Shown here: piece after piece, positions 32,031 to 42,011 of the stretch
Position numbering within the stretch: the stretch's first letter is position 1
Layout of the letters: the number at the start of each line of letters is the position of its first letter
Assembly (NCBI GenBank): GCA_021151585.1
Contig: JAGKWX010000002.1
Coordinates: 75,747 to 139,746, forward strand
DNA: 64,000 bases
Source of the DNA: Alphaproteobacteria bacterium
GTDB lineage: Bacteria > Pseudomonadota > Gammaproteobacteria > JAGOUN01
Direction of reading: 5' to 3'
Notes under the pieces: generated by a model
Told to the model about the DNA's origin: nothing
The model's input: only the letters and a program-made list of their open reading frames with translations
The model's database searches: none
Position numbers and translations under genes: made by a program

Positions 32031-32211
32031 GTAGCCTCCAGCTTAACATCGCGTTTTTCATAGAGTTTACTGTAAATTCAATCAGTTTTTAATAGGTAAA
32101 ACATTCAAATAGGCGTAAAATCGGAAAATAAATAAAAGCAAAACATCAGGGGCAACAAAAAGCATCACATCAGAGAACAACACTACTGACTAATGTTAGA
32201 AAAACATAAAT

Positions 32212-33192
32212 TTACAATAAAGACTGCATGTTATTCACTAATGCCTTCGCCTGTCTCCAAGCGCTTTCTAAATCACCATCACCCAACCAATCACCTGTGG
32301 CAGCAAGTCTTGTGGTAATATCACAATAACTACTTAAAGGTTGTGGCATATGATGGCGCGCATAACGCCAGCGATGTACAGAAGTATAATCATAACTGTC
32401 AGTATCAAGACGAATAATATCGGGCAAATTTTTTAACAATATATTTTCAACTATGGGTAATTCTGTTTCTATGTGCTCACTAGTCCACATAGGCTGCGTA
32501 TGTAATGCCAAACAACTAAATCGACGATCTCTATGTGGCTTCGTTGAATTTACATAAATAGCTCGCCAAACAGGATGATCAAAAATCGAAGCAACCCACG
32601 ATTCTTGCCAGGGTAGGCTAGTCGCAAGCAACATTACATGACAAGCTTCGATGGACGGCGGGGTCATGATTGGGCTTGTTATATTAGAAAAAAATAATCG
32701 CTCTGTTTGGCAAAAAGGGGCGGTAGAAATAACCCAATCATAACAACCTAAGCGATTGCCATGAGTATCATACAATTCATGCGGCTGAGCACTTGGTTCA
32801 GACAAAGGAGCGACTTCAGTAGAGAGATGAAGTGAAACATCTTGCGCCCAATATTTACATAAACTATTCATGTTAGGACAAGCAACAAAAAAATTATCCG
32901 CATCCTTGTTAATTATAATTTCGCCATATTGATCAACATAAAGACGTTGTCCAGACCATTGCGCAACTAAGCCGGAGTGAAAAAAAGGCTGTAAAAATTC
33001 ATAAAACTCTTCAGATCGAACTTCGAAGCAAGGCAAGCCATGATCAAAAGTAAAATTCTCCGCGTAACGACTACTCATACGACCACCAACTCCGCGCGCT
33101 TTTTCAAAAACAACAACGTCAGCAAACGATTGCAATTTTTTAGCAAGCACAAGCCCTGAAAATCCAGCACCAATAATAGCAATTTTTTTCAT
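32212..33192 (-). CDS. NAD(P)/FAD-dependent oxidoreductase (renalase/amine-oxidase-like Rossmann protein)
   Basis: Dinucleotide-binding motif KKIAIIGAGFSGLVLAKKL at the N-terminus. Start taken at the internal Met, because the upstream 20 codons are Cys-rich and unlikely to be translated. Confidence 0.6.
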   Translation of the reverse strand: MKKIAIIGAGFSGLVLAKKLQSFADVVVFEKARGVGGRMSSRYAENFTFDHGLPCFEVRSEEFYEFLQPFFHSGLVAQWSGQRLYVDQYGEIIINKDADNFFVACPNMNSLCKYWAQDVSLHLSTEVAPLSEPSAQPHELYDTHGNRLGCYDWVISTAPFCQTERLFFSNITSPIMTPPSIEACHVMLLATSLPWQESWVASIFDHPVWRAIYVNSTKPHRDRRFSCLALHTQPMWTSEHIETELPIVENILLKNLPDIIRLDTDSYDYTSVHRWRYARHHMPQPLSSYCDITTRLAATGDWLGDGDLESAWRQAKALVNNMQSLL

Positions 33193-33550
33193 ATTTAACA
33201 CACGCACATCATGCAACTTAGCAAAACAACAACATATGTTGTTGCAATACAACGTAGCTTAAAAAATCAAAAATCAATTCAACGCATTCTATAGAGCTGT
33301 ATATCGACACACAACAATAAAATAAATACGACAGAAAAAAGTCATATGACAAAACTTATATTTGTAAACAGTATAGTCGCGACTGATAACAACGTCAGCA
33401 CATTAGTCATCAATAATAGCCATAAACTACAGCGCATCTTGCTTGAAGCTTATAATTAAACGTCTTCGTCATCCATATCCAGAAATAGTTGCTACTTGCC
33501 AAATCAGCATCGAGCACATGATTCGTGCATGATTATGCAGACACCCCGCA

Positions 33551-33808
33551 TCACGCTTCATCATGACGAAGAGAATTAATAGTCATGTGATCAATCGAGT
33601 GAAAATGTTTAGCTCTATGTTTAGTTTGCCGACCACTAACACGAGTGCGCCAAACTCGAAAACTGCGGCGCTTCAAATAGCCGCGCATAATGCGAATCAC
33701 CTCTGCTTCCGACAAACCTAATTGACTATGAATCGCTTCAAAAGGACATTCATCTTGCCATGCTAATGAAACAAGCTCATCAATATTGCAATCTATTTCT
33801 TTCTTCAT
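33551..33808 (-). CDS. small conserved hypothetical protein (DUF2805/TIGR03643-like)
   Basis: 85 aa with the pattern WQDECPFEAIHSQLGLSEAEVIRIMRGYLKRRSFRVWRTRV, recognised from memory of that family. Overlaps the upstream SDR gene by 4 bp. Confidence 0.45.
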   Translation of the reverse strand: MKKEIDCNIDELVSLAWQDECPFEAIHSQLGLSEAEVIRIMRGYLKRRSFRVWRTRVSGRQTKHRAKHFHSIDHMTINSLRHDEA

Positions 33809-34503
33809 ATTTTCTGCCTTAGACGTAGCGATGACAATCCACCATCAACGCCAAGCACTTGACCAGTCACCCAATTATTTGCTGGATCAAGCAAGAAAAT
33901 GATAGCACGAGCAATATCATCAACATGACCAATCCGCCCCAAAGGATGCATCGCCTCAGACGCTTTACGAGCCATATCGTTAGTTGTTAAAGCTGATGTT
34001 AACGATGTATCAACCAGCCCTGGCGCCACAACATTAAAACGTAGTTTTTGCATAGCATATGTAGATGCAGCAGATAAGGCCAAGCCTTCAATCCCGGCTT
34101 TTGCAGCAGAAATGGCCTCATGATTAACTAAACCAACTCGGGCTGCTGCTGATGATATTAACACCACAGAACCACCCTGCTTCATGTATTTTCCTGCGGC
34201 ACGAACCGTAGAAAATGCTGTTGTTAAAGAGGCATCGATTACCGACTGATAATCTTGTTTTGTTGTCAAATGGGCTGAACGTAACCACAAAGAACCACTA
34301 CAATTCACTACGCCATCGAGGGGGCCTGCTTGTTGAAACACAGCTTCGGTTGCATCAAAATCTGTGGCATCCAACAGCGCATCTGGCGTAATTTTTTCAG
34401 CGTTACGCGCCGTTATGAACACCTGATGCCCCTGTTCACGTAACATTGCGCCAACACGCTGACCAATACTGCTACTTCCCGCAATCACTAAATAATTTGC
34501 CAT
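33805..34503 (-). CDS. SDR family oxidoreductase (short-chain dehydrogenase)
   Basis: N-terminal NAD(P)-binding motif GSSSIGQ (GxxxxG-type), an NCSG motif, and the catalytic pattern YxxxK (YAMQK). Confidence 0.75.
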   Translation of the reverse strand: MANYLVIAGSSSIGQRVGAMLREQGHQVFITARNAEKITPDALLDATDFDATEAVFQQAGPLDGVVNCSGSLWLRSAHLTTKQDYQSVIDASLTTAFSTVRAAGKYMKQGGSVVLISSAAARVGLVNHEAISAAKAGIEGLALSAASTYAMQKLRFNVVAPGLVDTSLTSALTTNDMARKASEAMHPLGRIGHVDDIARAIIFLLDPANNWVTGQVLGVDGGLSSLRLRQKI

Positions 34504-34556
34504 AGCTTATACCTCTGATTATCAATCCAAGCACACAAATACTTTAATAATAAACA

Positions 34557-36446
34557 TTATATATCAATCAAATTACCCTTTTCTTCTAACCACGCCTTGC
34601 GGTCACTAGCCCGTTTCTTTGCTAACAACATATCCATACGCGCTTCAGTTTGCAGCGGGTCTTGCATGGTCAACTGGACGAGGCGACGTGTATCTGGCGC
34701 CATCGTTGTTTCACGCAGTTGCAAAGGATTCATTTCACCCAAACCTTTAAAACGTAAAACATTGACCTTGCCTCTTTTCTTTTCTGCATCTATACGATCT
34801 AAAATACCTTGCTTTTCAGATTCATCGAGCGCATAAAAAACTTCTTTGCCAATATCAATACGATATAAGGGCGGCATCGCTACAAATACGTGCCCTGCTA
34901 ATACTAAATGCCTGAAATGTTTTACAAACAAAGCACAAAGTAGTGATGCGATATGTGCGCCGTCAGAATCGGCATCCGCCAAAATACATACTTTTCCGTA
35001 TCGCAAGCCAGTTAAATCGGCAGAATTCGGATCAACGCCCAATGCCACAGCAATATCATGCACTTCCTGAGATGCCAGCACTTGTGATGAATCGACCTCC
35101 CACGTATTGAGAATTTTTCCTCGCAAAGGCATAACTGCTTGAAATACTTTTTCACGGGCTTGCTTAGCTGACCCACCTGCAGAATCCCCCTCGACTAAAA
35201 ACAATTCTGTTTCACGCATATCTTGCGATGTGCAATCAGCCAATTTTCCTGGCAAGGCTGGGCCTTGAGTGATTTTTTTTCTGGTTACTTTTAAAGCCGT
35301 TTTTAAACGTTTTTGCGCATTATTAATCGCAAGTTCTGCGATTTTTTCACCAAGCTGTACATGTTGATTAAGCCATAAGCTAAAAGCATCTTTAGTCACG
35401 CCAGAAACAAAACTCGCACATTCGCGCGACGATAACCGTTCTTTAGTTTGGCCTGCGAATTGTGGATCACGTAATTTTGCCGATAAAATATAACAACAAT
35501 TTTCCCATAAATCTTCTGCCGTCAATTTTACGCCTCGCGGCAATAAGTTTCGAAACTCACAAAATTCACGCAGGGCTTCTGACAATCCAGTACGCAAACC
35601 ATTAACATGCGTACCGCCTTGCGCGGTTGGGATCAAATTGACGTAACTTTCTGTTAACAACTCACCACGCTCAGGCAGCCAAACGACTGCCCAGTCAACC
35701 ATTTCGTGACCGCCTTTAGCAGAACCTAAAAATGGTTCTGCTGGCAATAATTCCAAACCATTTAATGAATCTAGCAAATATCCTGATAATCCATGTTCAT
35801 AATGCCACGCAATTTTCTCTTTATGAATTTGGTCATCTAACGAAACTTTTAAACCCGAACATAATACTGCTTTTGCACGCAATACATGTTTTAAACGGCT
35901 AATTGAGAAATTTGGAGAATCAAAATATTTAGGATCTGGTAAAAATCGTACGCTGGTGCCCGTATCGCGTTTAGCGGTTTCACCAATGACATGTAATTCT
36001 GATTTTTTAGCGCCGTGCTCAAATCGCATTTGATGAATTTGGCCATGTTGCCGCACCGTCACAACCAACCATTGCGAAAGCGCATTGACCACAGAAATAC
36101 CAACGCCGTGTAAACCGCCAGAAAAGTTATAGCTATCATTGGAAAATTTTGCGCCTGCATGCAAACGGGTTAAAATAAGCTCTACCCCGGACACTTGCTC
36201 ATCAAGATGGATATCCGTTGGCATACCACGACCATCGTCAATGACCTCAATCGAACCATCTTCATAGACAATCACATCAATTTGTGTCGCATGGCCGGCG
36301 AGTGCTTCATCAACACTATTATCAATTGCCTCGCTCGCCAAATGATTGGGTCGCGTCGTATCCGTATACATCCCAGGACGTTTTTGCACTGGCTCGAGGC
36401 CGCTCAGCACTTCTATCGATTGGGCGTTATATTTTTTTTCTGTCAT
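34557..36446 (-). CDS. parE: DNA topoisomerase IV subunit B
   Basis: GHKL ATPase N-terminus (GLEPVQKRPGMYTDTTRPNHL), Toprim motif EGDSAGG, and a length of 629 aa typical of ParE rather than GyrB. Confidence 0.9.
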   Translation of the reverse strand: MTEKKYNAQSIEVLSGLEPVQKRPGMYTDTTRPNHLASEAIDNSVDEALAGHATQIDVIVYEDGSIEVIDDGRGMPTDIHLDEQVSGVELILTRLHAGAKFSNDSYNFSGGLHGVGISVVNALSQWLVVTVRQHGQIHQMRFEHGAKKSELHVIGETAKRDTGTSVRFLPDPKYFDSPNFSISRLKHVLRAKAVLCSGLKVSLDDQIHKEKIAWHYEHGLSGYLLDSLNGLELLPAEPFLGSAKGGHEMVDWAVVWLPERGELLTESYVNLIPTAQGGTHVNGLRTGLSEALREFCEFRNLLPRGVKLTAEDLWENCCYILSAKLRDPQFAGQTKERLSSRECASFVSGVTKDAFSLWLNQHVQLGEKIAELAINNAQKRLKTALKVTRKKITQGPALPGKLADCTSQDMRETELFLVEGDSAGGSAKQAREKVFQAVMPLRGKILNTWEVDSSQVLASQEVHDIAVALGVDPNSADLTGLRYGKVCILADADSDGAHIASLLCALFVKHFRHLVLAGHVFVAMPPLYRIDIGKEVFYALDESEKQGILDRIDAEKKRGKVNVLRFKGLGEMNPLQLRETTMAPDTRRLVQLTMQDPLQTEARMDMLLAKKRASDRKAWLEEKGNLIDI

Positions 36447-36735
36447 AACTGTATCACTTATATTTTAAATTCTATCTTAATTCATCATGCGTCCATAGTC
36501 GCAAAATTTTTATTATTTTTTGCATATCATCGACTTGATAATTTATTCTATGCTACACATTGATACGACGCGAGTAATACCCTTGCAAATCACCCAAAAG
36601 TTTTTCATAAGGCGAAACATTTTTAAAGGGATTTTTACTTAAAATTGATAATAGCACGAAAATCAATTTTAAAGCAATGATCTTTTACGCAAGAAAGTGT
36701 AAGATAACGCATTCCATAATTAAAGTACGAGTCTT

Positions 36736-37989
36736 ATGCAACGCAAACAAATCGCAGCTAGCAGTTTAGGCAATGTTCTTGAATGGTTAGATTTTGGATT
36801 ATTTTTATTCCTCGCCCCCATGATTGGCGAAATATTTTTTCCTGCAGAAAATGCACAACTCTCAGAACTAGCCGCGTTTGGCGTCTTTGCTGGTGGATTT
36901 TTATGCCGTCCGATGGGCGGCATTATTTTTGGACATCTTGGCGACAGGCTAGGCCGGGCAAAACCTTTGCGTCTTTCCATCCTTATTATTACCTTCAGCA
37001 CTTTATTCATTGGTTTGTTACCCAGCTATTCGTCCGCTGGAATAATAGCACCAATACTTTTTACTTTATTACGCTTAATCCAAGGTGTTGCTATTGGTGG
37101 CGAATACAGCGGTGTTATGACATATTTAGTCGAATCAGCGCCACAGAAACGTCGAGGATTTATTGGAAGCTTCGCTGCCACAGGCGCAAATTTCGGGTTT
37201 TTTCTCGCTACTATTTTTATTTTATGTTTACAGCATTGTTTCAATGCAACCAGCATCATGCAAGGGGCGTGGCGAATCCCCTTTATTGTCATCGGCGTCA
37301 TAGGCGCAATCATTTCTTATTATCGTTTAAAACTGCTAGAAACCCCAATATTTGAAAGCACAAAAAAAATGCAAAACATTGCCTCTCAGCCCTTATTAAC
37401 AGCAGTACGCACAGCACCCAAGAGCCTGCTAATTATATTTGGGTTAAATGCCATGAGCTGTGGCTTTTACTATGTATTCTTTGGTTATATGCCGGAATAC
37501 TTACAAAAATATCTTCGGATTTCAGCCAATCAATCGTTTGCAATTGAAATGCTGACCTTAATTGGCATGCTATTGCTAGTACCTCTAACAGGCCTCCTGG
37601 GCGATCGTTTTGGTAGAAGAAAACTATTACTGATCACCGCATCTAGCATGATCGTACTCGCCTTTCCACTCTTTTATCTCTTACAATTATCTACTGTCGT
37701 TTGCATTAGTACGGCATTATGTATTTCAACCATATTAAGCTCACTAGACCAAGGCAATACACTAACGACCATTGTTGAAATATGCCCATCAAATATTCGT
37801 TATAGCAGCATCGCATTTGCGTACAATATTAGCGCAGCAATTTTTGGCGGATTAAGCCCCATGATCGTTATTCATTTGATTAATAAGATAAATTTAAGCG
37901 CGCCGGGTTATTATATCGTCTTAACATCAAGCATAGGCTTGCTAGCCATACTTGCTCTATCAAAACAACTCACTCCAAAACGACAGTAA
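36736..37989 (+). CDS. MFS transporter (metabolite:H+ symporter, ProP-like)
   Basis: 12 predicted TM helices and the MHS-family N-terminal motif GNVLEWLDFGLF...GEIFFP. Confidence 0.7.
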   Translation: MQRKQIAASSLGNVLEWLDFGLFLFLAPMIGEIFFPAENAQLSELAAFGVFAGGFLCRPMGGIIFGHLGDRLGRAKPLRLSILIITFSTLFIGLLPSYSSAGIIAPILFTLLRLIQGVAIGGEYSGVMTYLVESAPQKRRGFIGSFAATGANFGFFLATIFILCLQHCFNATSIMQGAWRIPFIVIGVIGAIISYYRLKLLETPIFESTKKMQNIASQPLLTAVRTAPKSLLIIFGLNAMSCGFYYVFFGYMPEYLQKYLRISANQSFAIEMLTLIGMLLLVPLTGLLGDRFGRRKLLLITASSMIVLAFPLFYLLQLSTVVCISTALCISTILSSLDQGNTLTTIVEICPSNIRYSSIAFAYNISAAIFGGLSPMIVIHLINKINLSAPGYYIVLTSSIGLLAILALSKQLTPKRQ

Positions 37990-38365
37990 ACGATGCGGTT
38001 TCAGATGTTGAGTCGATTGCCTCCCAAGGGCGCACATGAACTAATACCACCTTCGTCATTTGTGGCGCAATAGCCTTGGACTTCACCGTAAACACCCACT
38101 TTTCAATCCCTGGAGCACCAGCAACTTTCGCCTCTTTCGCAGCCACATATTCGTGATCGGATAGTTTTAATAATTGCGAATTATACGAATCAATCAACCA
38201 TACAAAACCAGTAGATGGATTTGACGGCAATGCAATGGTAAGCTCCGATTGATCGGCACCAACAACAATGGTTTTATTAACATCTGAGGCAGCAGCAGCA
38301 GCGGAAACCGTGGTTGGAAACAAAAAATTCAGAAGCAAAGGCGCTAATAAAAAAAATTTTTTCAT
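37970..38365 (-). CDS. secreted chagasin-family cysteine-peptidase inhibitor (I42)
   Basis: Signal peptide, then the three characteristic chagasin loops: NPSTGFVW (NPTTG-like), GAPGIEKW (GxGG-like) and RPWE (RPW). Confidence 0.55.
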   Translation of the reverse strand: MKKFFLLAPLLLNFLFPTTVSAAAAASDVNKTIVVGADQSELTIALPSNPSTGFVWLIDSYNSQLLKLSDHEYVAAKEAKVAGAPGIEKWVFTVKSKAIAPQMTKVVLVHVRPWEAIDSTSETASFTVVLE

Positions 38366-39000
38366 TCTTGATCCTTAAAAATAAAATCAAACATTTCTGG
38401 GAGAATTTGCTCAAAATCACTAAACTGATGACCTCCACCTGTTCGCACTATTTGGGGTGAATCAGAAAAAACTTGTTGCGCAATATGATAATCAATAACA
38501 TCGTCATCGGTTTGCAACAATAATAAAAAGCGCTGTGGGTCAACAATTTTTTCAGACTTAAACTGCTCAAGCGCAGCAACAAATTCGGGCGTTACACTAA
38601 ATTTTTCACCAGTTGCTGGATTTTCATAATCACCAATATAATTATCCATAGTTTGCCATGGATTGGTTGTTGGATTAATCAACACAGCCATAGACTCTGG
38701 GTACACATGAGCAAGATGCATCGCATAAAAACCGCCGAGTGAACTACCTACAAAACAGAAACGATATTTTTCTTTCCGCTGATCTAGCATATTGTACAAG
38801 AGCTGCATCGCCTTAACAGGATGATGGGGCAAAGTTGGTGAGTCATACGCAATATCTGAAAAACGCGCTGTCACTGCCGCTGATAAAATCTTTGACTTAG
38901 TCGCATTGCCAGAGCTCATAAAGCCGTGGACATAGATAATACAGAGCGGTTTATTGCAAGGGCGAGCGTTGCTCTCAGTTAGACAGGCGTTATTTTCCAT
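38362..39000 (-). CDS. yqiA: YqiA-like alpha/beta-hydrolase esterase
   Basis: About 200 aa with N-terminal IIYVHGFMSSG and nucleophile-elbow GSSLGG. E. coli yqiA lies next to parE. Confidence 0.6.
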   Translation of the reverse strand: MENNACLTESNARPCNKPLCIIYVHGFMSSGNATKSKILSAAVTARFSDIAYDSPTLPHHPVKAMQLLYNMLDQRKEKYRFCFVGSSLGGFYAMHLAHVYPESMAVLINPTTNPWQTMDNYIGDYENPATGEKFSVTPEFVAALEQFKSEKIVDPQRFLLLLQTDDDVIDYHIAQQVFSDSPQIVRTGGGHQFSDFEQILPEMFDFIFKDQE

Positions 39001-39238
39001 TCAACTTTTCTTCCAAACGCTGAACAGTTAACGTTAACTGTTCAATACGCTCCTGCGAGCGTTCTAGAATTTTTTTTTGCACCTCAAAATCTTCTCGTGT
39101 CACTACATCCATTTTCTCAAAAACAGATTGCAAAACTGCACGAATATTTTTTTGCGTATCTTCTTTTAATGCATGTATATCGTGCGGCAAAACAGAAGAA
39201 ATTTTCGTCATTAAATCATCAATGAACGCCGGCTTCAT
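38990..39238 (-). CDS. ubiK: ubiquinone biosynthesis accessory factor UbiK (YqiC)
   Basis: 82-aa coiled-coil protein with the family pattern VVTREDFEVQKKILERSQERIEQL...LE. Confidence 0.6.
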   Translation of the reverse strand: MKPAFIDDLMTKISSVLPHDIHALKEDTQKNIRAVLQSVFEKMDVVTREDFEVQKKILERSQERIEQLTLTVQRLEEKLNGK

Positions 39239-40083
39239 TATAAATCCTCCATCATGTTAGGCATCGCCCGGGATGCCTTATGAATATTTTCATTGTAATA
39301 TCTTGTTTTAAATGCGCGCGAAGCGGCTTCAGCTTCACGGAAGACAGAAATATCACCGTTTTTAATGCCCATAGTAGCCGTCCACCAACCTGAAGGGTAG
39401 CAAGGCTGAGGAAACTGTAAGGTCACCACATCTGCAAAACCTGCTTTTTTCATATTACGATACATTGGCTTGATAATCGCATCCAAATGAAATAAAGGTG
39501 ATTCACTTTGATGCACAATCAAACCATTATCACGCAACATGCGGCAGCATTCTGCATAAAATTTATCAGTAAACAGACCTTCGCCAGGCCCTAAAGGATC
39601 GGTAGAATCAACAATAACGATATCAACCGAGTTTGCAGGCGCATCCTTCACCCACTGCACACCATCGCCAAAATAAAAATGTGCACGAGGATCGTTATTT
39701 GAATCGCATAACTCTGGAAAATATTGTTCTGCTAAGCGCGTAACACGCTCATCAATATCAATTTGCCATACAGAAGCAATGTCTTTATGTTTCAATACTT
39801 CTTTCAACGTGCCGCAGTCACCACCGCCGATAATAACCACATCTTTTGGATGAGGATGTGTAAAAATCGCAGGGTGAGACATCATTTCATGATACAAAAA
39901 ATTATCACGGCTGGTTAACATCGCAAAACCGTCAATCACCATTAATTTACCAAACGTTTCCGTTTCATAAATCTCAATTTTTTGATATGGCGTTTGCTCT
40001 TCGTGTAACTTCGCTTTAATTTTAAAGCCAAAAGCGGTATCTTGACCGGGATGTTCTTCGAAGAAATATTGGTTAAAATCCAT
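39238..40083 (-). CDS. speE: polyamine aminopropyltransferase (spermidine synthase)
   Basis: Contains VVIIGGGDCGTLKEVLKH and DSTDPLGPGEGLF motifs. Start taken at the MDFNQYFFEEHPG methionine. Confidence 0.8.
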   Translation of the reverse strand: MDFNQYFFEEHPGQDTAFGFKIKAKLHEEQTPYQKIEIYETETFGKLMVIDGFAMLTSRDNFLYHEMMSHPAIFTHPHPKDVVIIGGGDCGTLKEVLKHKDIASVWQIDIDERVTRLAEQYFPELCDSNNDPRAHFYFGDGVQWVKDAPANSVDIVIVDSTDPLGPGEGLFTDKFYAECCRMLRDNGLIVHQSESPLFHLDAIIKPMYRNMKKAGFADVVTLQFPQPCYPSGWWTATMGIKNGDISVFREAEAASRAFKTRYYNENIHKASRAMPNMMEDL

Positions 40084-40387
40084 ACAAGCACTCTCTAAAT
40101 TGTTCACAAAAATCAAAAAAACGCAGGGGCAACCGCCTCTAGCAACCAAAACAAGCACACGAGCCTGTTTCCAGAATCAATCCACCTCACATGATGGTGA
40201 AATCTAGGATTATTGTAATGATTGCCTAATCAAAGAACAAACTATTTCTTTGGTTTTGATCAAATACTAACCAGAAAAACGATCGCCATGGCGACATAAA
40301 GCACCATGTGAACAATCAATATCGCGATCCACTACTTACCAAGCCTATGACTAAAATACTCATTTATACCCATAGGCTCCTAAGCCT

Positions 40388-41620
40388 CTATTGAAACATA
40401 GACGTGGCAAAAAACAATGCAATAATGGAAAAAAACATCACATACAGTGCCGGCCATAAAAGCATCTGCGTCGCACCCAATAAATAGCTCATCAATAGGG
40501 GGGCTGTGCCGCCGATTAAACTGTAAGTAATATTATAAGCAACCGACATCACTACCGCGCGATCTTCCAAGGGGGCTAATGCTACACTCAAGCCCGGCGC
40601 GACAGCCTTAATCATCGCGCTGGACATTGCTAATAGTAAAATAGCAAGGCCGTAAGCAAACCAAGAATGACCGTAAGCAAAAAGGTAATAGGCTGGAATG
40701 CTAAGAGTTATCAAAGAAATCAGTGATAAATAATAGATTTTTGTTCCTTGCCATTTATCCGCTAAGCGACCATATACAGGGATCAATATAATCAAACTAA
40801 GAATTAAAATTGTGTTAATTAAGAATCCTTGTTCAAAAGATAACTTGACAAATTTAGCAAAAAAAGTCGGCAAAAATGCAACGCCAACATAACTAATTGC
40901 AGCTAATGGCGTGTTGAGCAGAAAAATAGCAAGCATATTTTTCTTATACTTCTTAACAAAACCCCATGAATTATTTTCTATACGTTCTGATTTTTTTAAT
41001 GCAAGAAAAACAGGCGTCTCGGCAACATTAAGTCGCAAATACATGCCGATTAGCGCAATCATACCACCAACAAGAAAAGGAAGTCTCCACCCCCAACGCA
41101 TAAAAAAATCATGGTTATGCGATAATAGCATAATAAATAAAGATGCGATTAAAGCGCCTATCATCATTCCCATCCAAGCCAAACTTCCAGAAAAAAAGTA
41201 ATTTTTCTTACTTGCATGCTCAGACAAAAAAATCATGGAAACACTAAATTCTCCACCGCAGGAAAATCCTTGCAATAATCGCAAGATTAATAAAAAAAAC
41301 GGGGCCATAAAACCAATAGTTTGATAGGTTGGCAAACACCCCATTAAAAATGTTGCTGCCGCCATAGACATTAAAGAAATAAAAAACGCCGCTTTACGCC
41401 CTTTTCTATCTGCCAACCAACCAAAAAGCAGGCCACCAAAAGGACGACTCAAAAAACCAATCGCAAATATGGTGAATACACCAATAACACCCGTTAGAGC
41501 GCTGTGTTGCGGGAAAAACAATATCGCAAAAACCGGGCCAAGAAACCCGTACAAACTAAAATCGTACCATTCTAAAATTTCGCCGATAACACTAGCAATA
41601 TACAGTTTTGTTGTTGACAT
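40388..41620 (-). CDS. MFS transporter (metabolite:H+ symporter family), paralogue of 36736..37989
   Basis: 12 TM helices and the same N-terminal MHS motif (GEILEWYDFSLYGF). Confidence 0.7.
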   Translation of the reverse strand: MSTTKLYIASVIGEILEWYDFSLYGFLGPVFAILFFPQHSALTGVIGVFTIFAIGFLSRPFGGLLFGWLADRKGRKAAFFISLMSMAAATFLMGCLPTYQTIGFMAPFFLLILRLLQGFSCGGEFSVSMIFLSEHASKKNYFFSGSLAWMGMMIGALIASLFIMLLSHNHDFFMRWGWRLPFLVGGMIALIGMYLRLNVAETPVFLALKKSERIENNSWGFVKKYKKNMLAIFLLNTPLAAISYVGVAFLPTFFAKFVKLSFEQGFLINTILILSLIILIPVYGRLADKWQGTKIYYLSLISLITLSIPAYYLFAYGHSWFAYGLAILLLAMSSAMIKAVAPGLSVALAPLEDRAVVMSVAYNITYSLIGGTAPLLMSYLLGATQMLLWPALYVMFFSIIALFFATSMFQ

Positions 41621-41635
41621 GGCATACTTCTTAAA

Positions 41636-41854
41636 TCATCTGACAAGAATCAGCAACGGTGAATATAGGATACTACGTCGATTGCTTAGCAGCGGATGAC
41701 GAGGGCGTAACCCTAATGTTAGAAGAGGAATCGCTGCCGCAAGAGGCAAGAGCAAGCCGCCACTAAAGAAAATCGCCGCCCCAATGCCAAGACACAATAA
41801 CCAAAACCAAGCATTTTTAAGGAAACAGTTTTTACTCATCAACCACTGCCACAT
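41636..41854 (-). pseudogene. duplicated 5' fragment (first about 44 codons plus upstream region) of the 542-aa gene at 43520..45148
   Basis: Encodes MWQWLMSKNCFLKNAWFWLL-LGIGAAIFFSGGLLLPLAAAIPLL, almost identical to the N-terminus of the downstream-island gene. Diverges after the repeat boundary and stops 16 bp before the MFS start codon. Confidence 0.5.
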
Positions 41855-41966
41855 AACTTTCTCGCTTTATCTTAGTACATACTGAGCGGTCACCTCGAAT
41901 CAGGGCACCTAAGCTCATCATATACACTTGAAATTTTAGCATAGTGTGATCAGTTTTCATACTCAT
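41721..41966. repeat. 246-bp direct repeat, copy A (about 98% identical to 45015..45260)
   Basis: Aligned by eye with 5 mismatches. Carries 112 bp of upstream/promoter sequence plus 134 bp of coding 5' end. Confidence 0.85.
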
Positions 41967-42011
41967 CCTAACCTAAGCTCAACCTACAACCACCCTATTC
42001 CACCCCTCTAA

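Noticed and set aside
36783..37355. 190-aa alternative-frame ORF inside the MFS transporter gene
   Set aside because: It is a same-strand overlapping frame with Arg/Trp/Cys-rich nonsense composition. The MFS frame has clear TM periodicity.
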